A stretch of DNA of 64,000 bases. Source: Eledone cirrhosa (lineage: Eukaryota). Below the pieces are notes generated by a model. The model worked only from the letters and a program-made list of their open reading frames with translations, was not told the origin of the DNA and made no database searches. Positions 55,793 to 64,000 of the stretch are shown in pieces (position 1 is the stretch's first letter; each line of letters begins with the position of its first letter). The position numbers and the translations under genes were made by a program. The DNA is taken from contig OZ024742.1 of the NCBI GenBank assembly GCA_964016885.1, forward strand, positions 305,598,001 to 305,662,000. Reading direction: 5' to 3'.

Positions 55793-56012
55793 AATAATAA
55801 TAATGGTTTCTTATATAGGCACAAGGCCAGCAATTTTGGAGGAGGGGGAAAGTCGATTAAATCGACTCCAGTGCGAGTCTGGTACTTTATTTTATCGACC
55901 CAGTAAGGATGAAAGGCAAAGCTAAACTCGGCGCAATTTGAGCCCAGAACGTAAAGGGCCATAACTATATGCTGCAAAGCATGGTGTCTGATGCTCTACC
56001 GATACTACCAAT
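55793..56012 (-). mobile_element. SINE family A, full length
   Basis: Reverse complement of head, core and (ATT)n tail. Confidence 0.85.
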
Positions 56013-56997
56013 ACATCTAATAATAATAATAATGATGATAATGGTATTAATGAGGATGATGATGATGATATTTTCTTTATTAGACATACAGAGTTCATAT
56101 TAAGAAAACATTAAAGAGGACACATGACGGTACATTGTTGGGTGAGGCGTAGAGGACATAACAAGAAAAACGTTTTGTTAATCAGTGGGAGAGTAGAGAG
56201 AATCAATTATAGACATGGAAACTATAGTATCCAAAAGAAATGAAGGGGACAGCCATTAACGACCTATCAAGGAACCCCCTAGTGTTAATTAAGGAACCCC
56301 ATAGATTCAATGTTACAGGAATTATACAGAGGTTGTTCCCACTCCCATCCATGATTTCCGGTTTGTAATTGCATGATGTCAATAGACATAGTCACACTGA
56401 TCATTTTCCACCTCTCACTCACCTTTCAGCCAATTCTCCATTGTATCTCAAATATCACTTACTTGAAGAATTGCTGAAGACTTGGACAATGTAACAAAGT
56501 ATTTTTCCAATCGTGTCCCAAATATAATCTTTTCTGTGATTGGAACTAGATGCAGGAAAACTGCATGTCTTTGCCGGCTAAAGGAAACCGGTGCGTGGTC
56601 CTTCAGAAGGAATCAACAGTACCATTATTTCACGTAGACTTAGATGTTTATTTTTTACCTGTACGTATGAGGGGTGTTGGGGGGGGGGGATTGATATTGA
56701 TTCCAAAGTACGTATGTATGGACACGTGATTGTTGGGCATTTTATACCTCACGGAGCTCATCCCCTCTCCAAAAAGAAAGGGGTACAGAAAAGCGATAAA
56801 GAAATAACCGACCCTAGTACTGGACTGCTCCTTTTTATTATCTAAGGTTTTCCAACTATGACTATCCAGATTATATCGTTTACATTAGACTGTAAAACAA
56901 TGAAAATTATGATCAGGGATTTACTCCAACGTCACATCAAAGTACTTGTACTTCAGTGTCATGTGTCTCCTCCACAGGTTGAGGTAGCTGTACTAGA

Positions 56998-57071
<74 letters not shown>

Positions 57072-57499
57072 CAGTAGTAGCAGCAGCAGTAGCAACAGCA
57101 GCAGAATCAGCAGAAGCAGCAGCTGTTGTAGTCTGCAGAAATGAAGAGATGCAGTGATAATTGCAAAAAATATTTCCTCCTGCTCCCCACCATATCATCA
57201 TCATCATCATCATCAATTTAGTTGTCCTGTAACTTCCCATAAATGTCCATACGGGTGATATTAGGATAAAACCTGGGTAATTAGTTATGTCATTTCTATT
57301 TGTTCGCAATTTTCAGCAGTTTCTACAAACGTCTTCTACCATAACATTTGTTTAACTAAATCTTATTAAATCATTGTTTTTGCTTGGTAGACTATAGCCT
57401 TCACCCTGTTTAAAACTATGGCTCTGGCATTGGCTAGATTTAACAAGTTATAATGTTGCAATCATTCGTGAGAAGTTTCCGGTCTGAGTACAATTTTTT

Positions 57500-58090
57500 C
57501 ACTTTCTCACATCAGTCAAGGAAAACCCGCAGGCGGAGGTCGGCAAGCAATATTTCAGCAGAGAAGAATGAGGACGAACGATGATAAGCGTACAAGATTT
57601 TGTGAGGATAGACGTAGTTTGGCTGAGGAAGTATGTCGCGGATACTAAAGAGATGCTTTGAATAAAAGTACGAGGAGATAAGCTATTTATTAAAGGGAAA
57701 TTGACGTCCATAAACCTAGAAAGCAACGATATAGACATAAAAGTTTACACGTAAATATTGCCAAAATACTGAAAGGTATCGAGAAAGAAGTCATTTAAGT
57801 GGCTAAAGAAGGCTGGTCTGGAAAGAGAGAAACATCGTGATTCATATTCACCGCAAAAGATCAAGCAATCAGAAAGCGGAACACTAAGAAAACATAGATA
57901 AAGAAGACATGCTTGTTGCATTATACAATATATTGTGAAAGGGAACAGTTAGTGGTTCATGTGGTCTCTGAGTGCATAGTGATTATCAAAACATTATGAG
58001 AAATTAAGACACGATACAGTTGCCAGAATCTTACAATATCGAAAGTGTAAAATTGGAATATGTAAAGAAGTATTATAAACTGAAATTTCA
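57500..58090 (+). mobile_element. Decayed R4/Dong-like LINE fragment
   Basis: Fragments REE*GRTMISVQDFV, SFKWLKKAGLERE, FIFTAKDQAIR, HVVSEC and YEKLRHDTVARIL. Confidence 0.65.
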
Positions 58091-58591
58091 AACGGATAAG
58101 CAAATGGGAATTCGTGACCAGATATAGTTATAATCAATAAGAAGGAAAAGGTGTGGTGGCTAATCAATATTATTTGCATATTTAATGGATTGGCAGTATC
58201 GGTAGAGAGTCGGGTGCCATGCTTTGCAGCATAGAGTTACGTCCCTTTTCGGTCTGAACATTTGCACATTTGATACGAGAGTGGCAGAAAATGACAGCGT
58301 GAATATAGCAATATAACGAGCACTGCTCGGTTTGGTGCCTGAGATCGTGGTTAGCCCACAGGGAGTACGTGACCCCGAGTTCTTGAGAAGATATTAATTT
58401 TGGGGAAGGAAAACAAATGTAAATTCTGTGCCTCGATGGAAGCAATGATGTTGAGTCATTCTTCATGCACAGGCATGACTTAATCTAAACGACTTTCTTT
58501 TTCCTTTCGCTACAGCAGAAAGGATGTATGTAAGACTGCAGGAGAAAAAGGACAGGACACGAGGTGGCAAATCTCGAAACCAAGATACACC

Positions 58592-58664
<73 letters not shown>

Positions 58665-58811
58665 AATATATAAATAAATGAATATATATTTATATATATA
58701 TATATATACTGTATATATATATATATATGTATACATGTATCTATGTATATATATATATATATATGTATGAATATATAAATGAATATATATATCTATATAT
58801 ATATATATACA

Positions 58812-58855
<44 letters not shown>

Positions 58856-59117
58856 GTTCATCAGAAACCGCCTCCTTATTTATTTGAAAGTGCCAAAATA
58901 ATTGTGTGTGTACATATATGTGCACACACATATAAGGGCAACGAAACATATATGTCGAAAAATACAATAATAAAGGAGAGAAATATATTTTCATCTCCCC
59001 TATTACTATAAATACGCAGATGCGTGAAATGTGTATACTATACACTTACATATATTGAAAATACACACCATATACCTACAATACAGAACAATACATACAT
59101 CATTTATATTTATATAT

Positions 59118-61537
<2,420 letters not shown>

Positions 61538-62457
61538 TGCTGGCTTTGTGCCTAAATCAAGAACCATTATTCCTCAGCTTAAAACGATGTAGCTTCCTAG
61601 CTGCACTTCTTCCTCTACTTACAACGTATTGTCTTGAAAATAGAGGGACACATTAATTAATGTAGCCCTAGAATACCCAGAAGTTATAATGCTGTAATGG
61701 TCATCGATGACATATATTTCATCGTCGGTAACTGTCCTGGGACAAAACGAAAACATTGACCATCGTAGCAATATCATTAGTTCGATATCTCCTATGAACT
61801 TTCACTTTTTAGACGTTCAACCTTCTGATCATTACTAAACAAAAGTTTTTTTTTTCGATACACTGTCCAGTAAAGGTTCTCTATATTTTACTATATAGAA
61901 TCAGGTATAGCTGAGTGATTAAATCTTTTACTACACGTTTATACAGGCTTGTATTCAATTTAACTGCCTGGCATCTCAGGCAAAGGTTTTTGCCGAAGAC
62001 TAAGTTTGACAAGCCTTGTGAGTGAAATTTGATTGATGGGGAAACTCTCCGAAACCCTATTGTATGAACTATCTCTGTAATTCAAAGGTTCAGATTTGTC
62101 ACATATTGTATCATACTGATTTGAGTTCGGACTTACATTATAAGTACACGTATGTGTATGAGTGTGGAATACTCAGCCAATTGTATGTTCGTTTAACTAG
62201 TAAGACATTCAGTTGATTAAAGAACTGATTTCTCATGGAAAATGCCGGCAGATTGTCCATCATTCTACTATATTATGGAAAGTATATTTCTAGAATGATA
62301 CTAGCCACCTTGACTAGCCTAGGGGTGGGGTTCAGTGTGTATTCAAACTACAATATTATTATTACACACTGCAGTTGGAATGCCGCATTAGGGAGTATAA
62401 ACTTAAGTATATTTTACATGAGAACAACTTGAATATTTAATAGGTGGAATGGTTTTA

Positions 62458-62504
<47 letters not shown>

Positions 62505-62550
62505 CGCTGCTGCTGCTGCTACTACCACCACCACCACCACCACCACCACC

Positions 62551-62606
<56 letters not shown>

Positions 62607-62646
62607 CGCTGCTGCTGCTGCTACTACCACCACCACCACCACCACC

Positions 62647-62708
<62 letters not shown>

Positions 62709-62781
62709 CGCTGCTGCTGCTGCTACCACCACCACCACCACCACCACCACCACCACCACCACCACCACCACCACCACCACC

Positions 62782-62828
<47 letters not shown>

Positions 62829-62941
62829 CGCTGCTGCTGCTGCTGCTACCACCACCACCACCACCACCACCACCACCACCACCACCACCACCACCACCAC
62901 CACCACCACCACCACCACCACCACCACCACCACCACCACCA

Positions 62942-62990
<49 letters not shown>
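62458..62990. repeat. Compound trinucleotide array (ACT)n-ACC-(GCT)5-6-(ACC)n with higher-order periodicity
   Basis: Four repeats of the ACT/GCT/ACC cassette are directly visible. Confidence 0.95.
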
Positions 62991-64000
62991 AGCTGATGAT
63001 GCAGCAGCAACAGCGTGTTGGACCTCCGCCGGTTCCTTCAAGTGCTCCAGTTGTACAAACAACTGAAAAGTCTGCTCGTTAAATCAATGTGCACGTGGCT
63101 GATCATTCCATCATTTCACACATGTATACATGTATCCGTAGGGATATTTAGCGTGACATAATGTGCAACAGGGCTTACCCTTTTTATTTACGGGTACCTC
63201 ACCTCTTTGTTAGCTACGTCGACTGAAGCGATATGAAATAAAATGTCTTCTTCACGGGCACAACATGCTGCCAGAATTCACAGCCACGATCGTGAGCAGA
63301 AGACTCAAACTACTACGGTAAGCTACGTACCATCACTTAAAATAAGCCTCGGCTGCAGTATTCACCCAGAAGCTAGCATTAGTATCAACACCACTTTTAT
63401 TACCACTGTTACCAGTATCACATGTATCACCAATTAACATTTGTCATGAATAATAACTTAGTTTTATAAGCAATGCTAATTGCATCGACATTATTTGTCG
63501 TTTCATATGTTAGTGAATTCTTCATTTCATTACACCAACATAAGCAACAGCAATATCACCAACATCAACACCACCATCAACTCCAGCATCAACCCCAACA
63601 ACAACATTATCACCAACATCCTCCCCAACACCACCAAAAACACTAGAATCAGCACCAACATGGCCACCAGCATCAAAATTACAATCAACACGAAAAACAT
63701 AACCAATACTATCACCAACACCACAACCCAAATTAACACCAACACCACTATCAACGCTTAAAAACCATCACTAATATCACCACCACCATAGTCACCATCA
63801 CCAACTGCCAAACCCTCACCTACACCGCCACCACAATTAAAAACTTTTAACACAAACAACAACACCACTAAAATTTCCTTCACTAACATAAGCACAACCA
63901 CTACAACTATCATTACAATAATCAATATCATCCATCACAACCAATGCCACCACCGCCATCATCAATATCCCCAACACCATATTGAACAGCATCTCTCAAA

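Noticed and set aside
62403-63066. Poly-Thr/Ala mucin-like and poly-Val ORFs (also 28470-29038 and 56858-57309)
   Set aside because: Pure trinucleotide arrays without codon diversification or convincing exon boundaries.

Overview
AT-rich, extremely microsatellite-dense metazoan DNA: (TA)n, (CA)n, (GA)n, (TATC)n and (ACT/ACC/GCT)n. The SINE, LINE and microsatellite content suggests an octopod cephalopod (inference). Nearly all ORFs in the track are microsatellite artefacts. One convincing coding exon is present (+, 46251-47347). It encodes a Gly/Asn/Thr/Gln-rich segment with SUMO-, CtBP-like and NLS-like motifs, probably the N-terminal part of a nuclear regulator. A candidate promoter/5' exon lies at about 3.5-6.4 kb, so most of the window is probably intron. 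The rest is mobile DNA: tRNA-derived SINEs, RTE, R4/Dong-like and RT LINE relics, two hAT-type non-autonomous elements, a decayed Penelope-like (GIY-YIG) element, a tRNA-Asp pseudogene and minisatellites. The most striking signal is a population of at least 8 unrelated short, non-coding fold-back elements, each embedded in (TA)n. They share one architecture: an inverted arm plus a longer arm with an unpaired tail. Several carry type I hammerhead ribozyme folds, including a U3:A8 compensatory core variant. They look like a (TA)n-targeted, ribozyme-carrying, non-autonomous Penelope-like retro-system. All structures were read by eye; no searches or folding programs were run.
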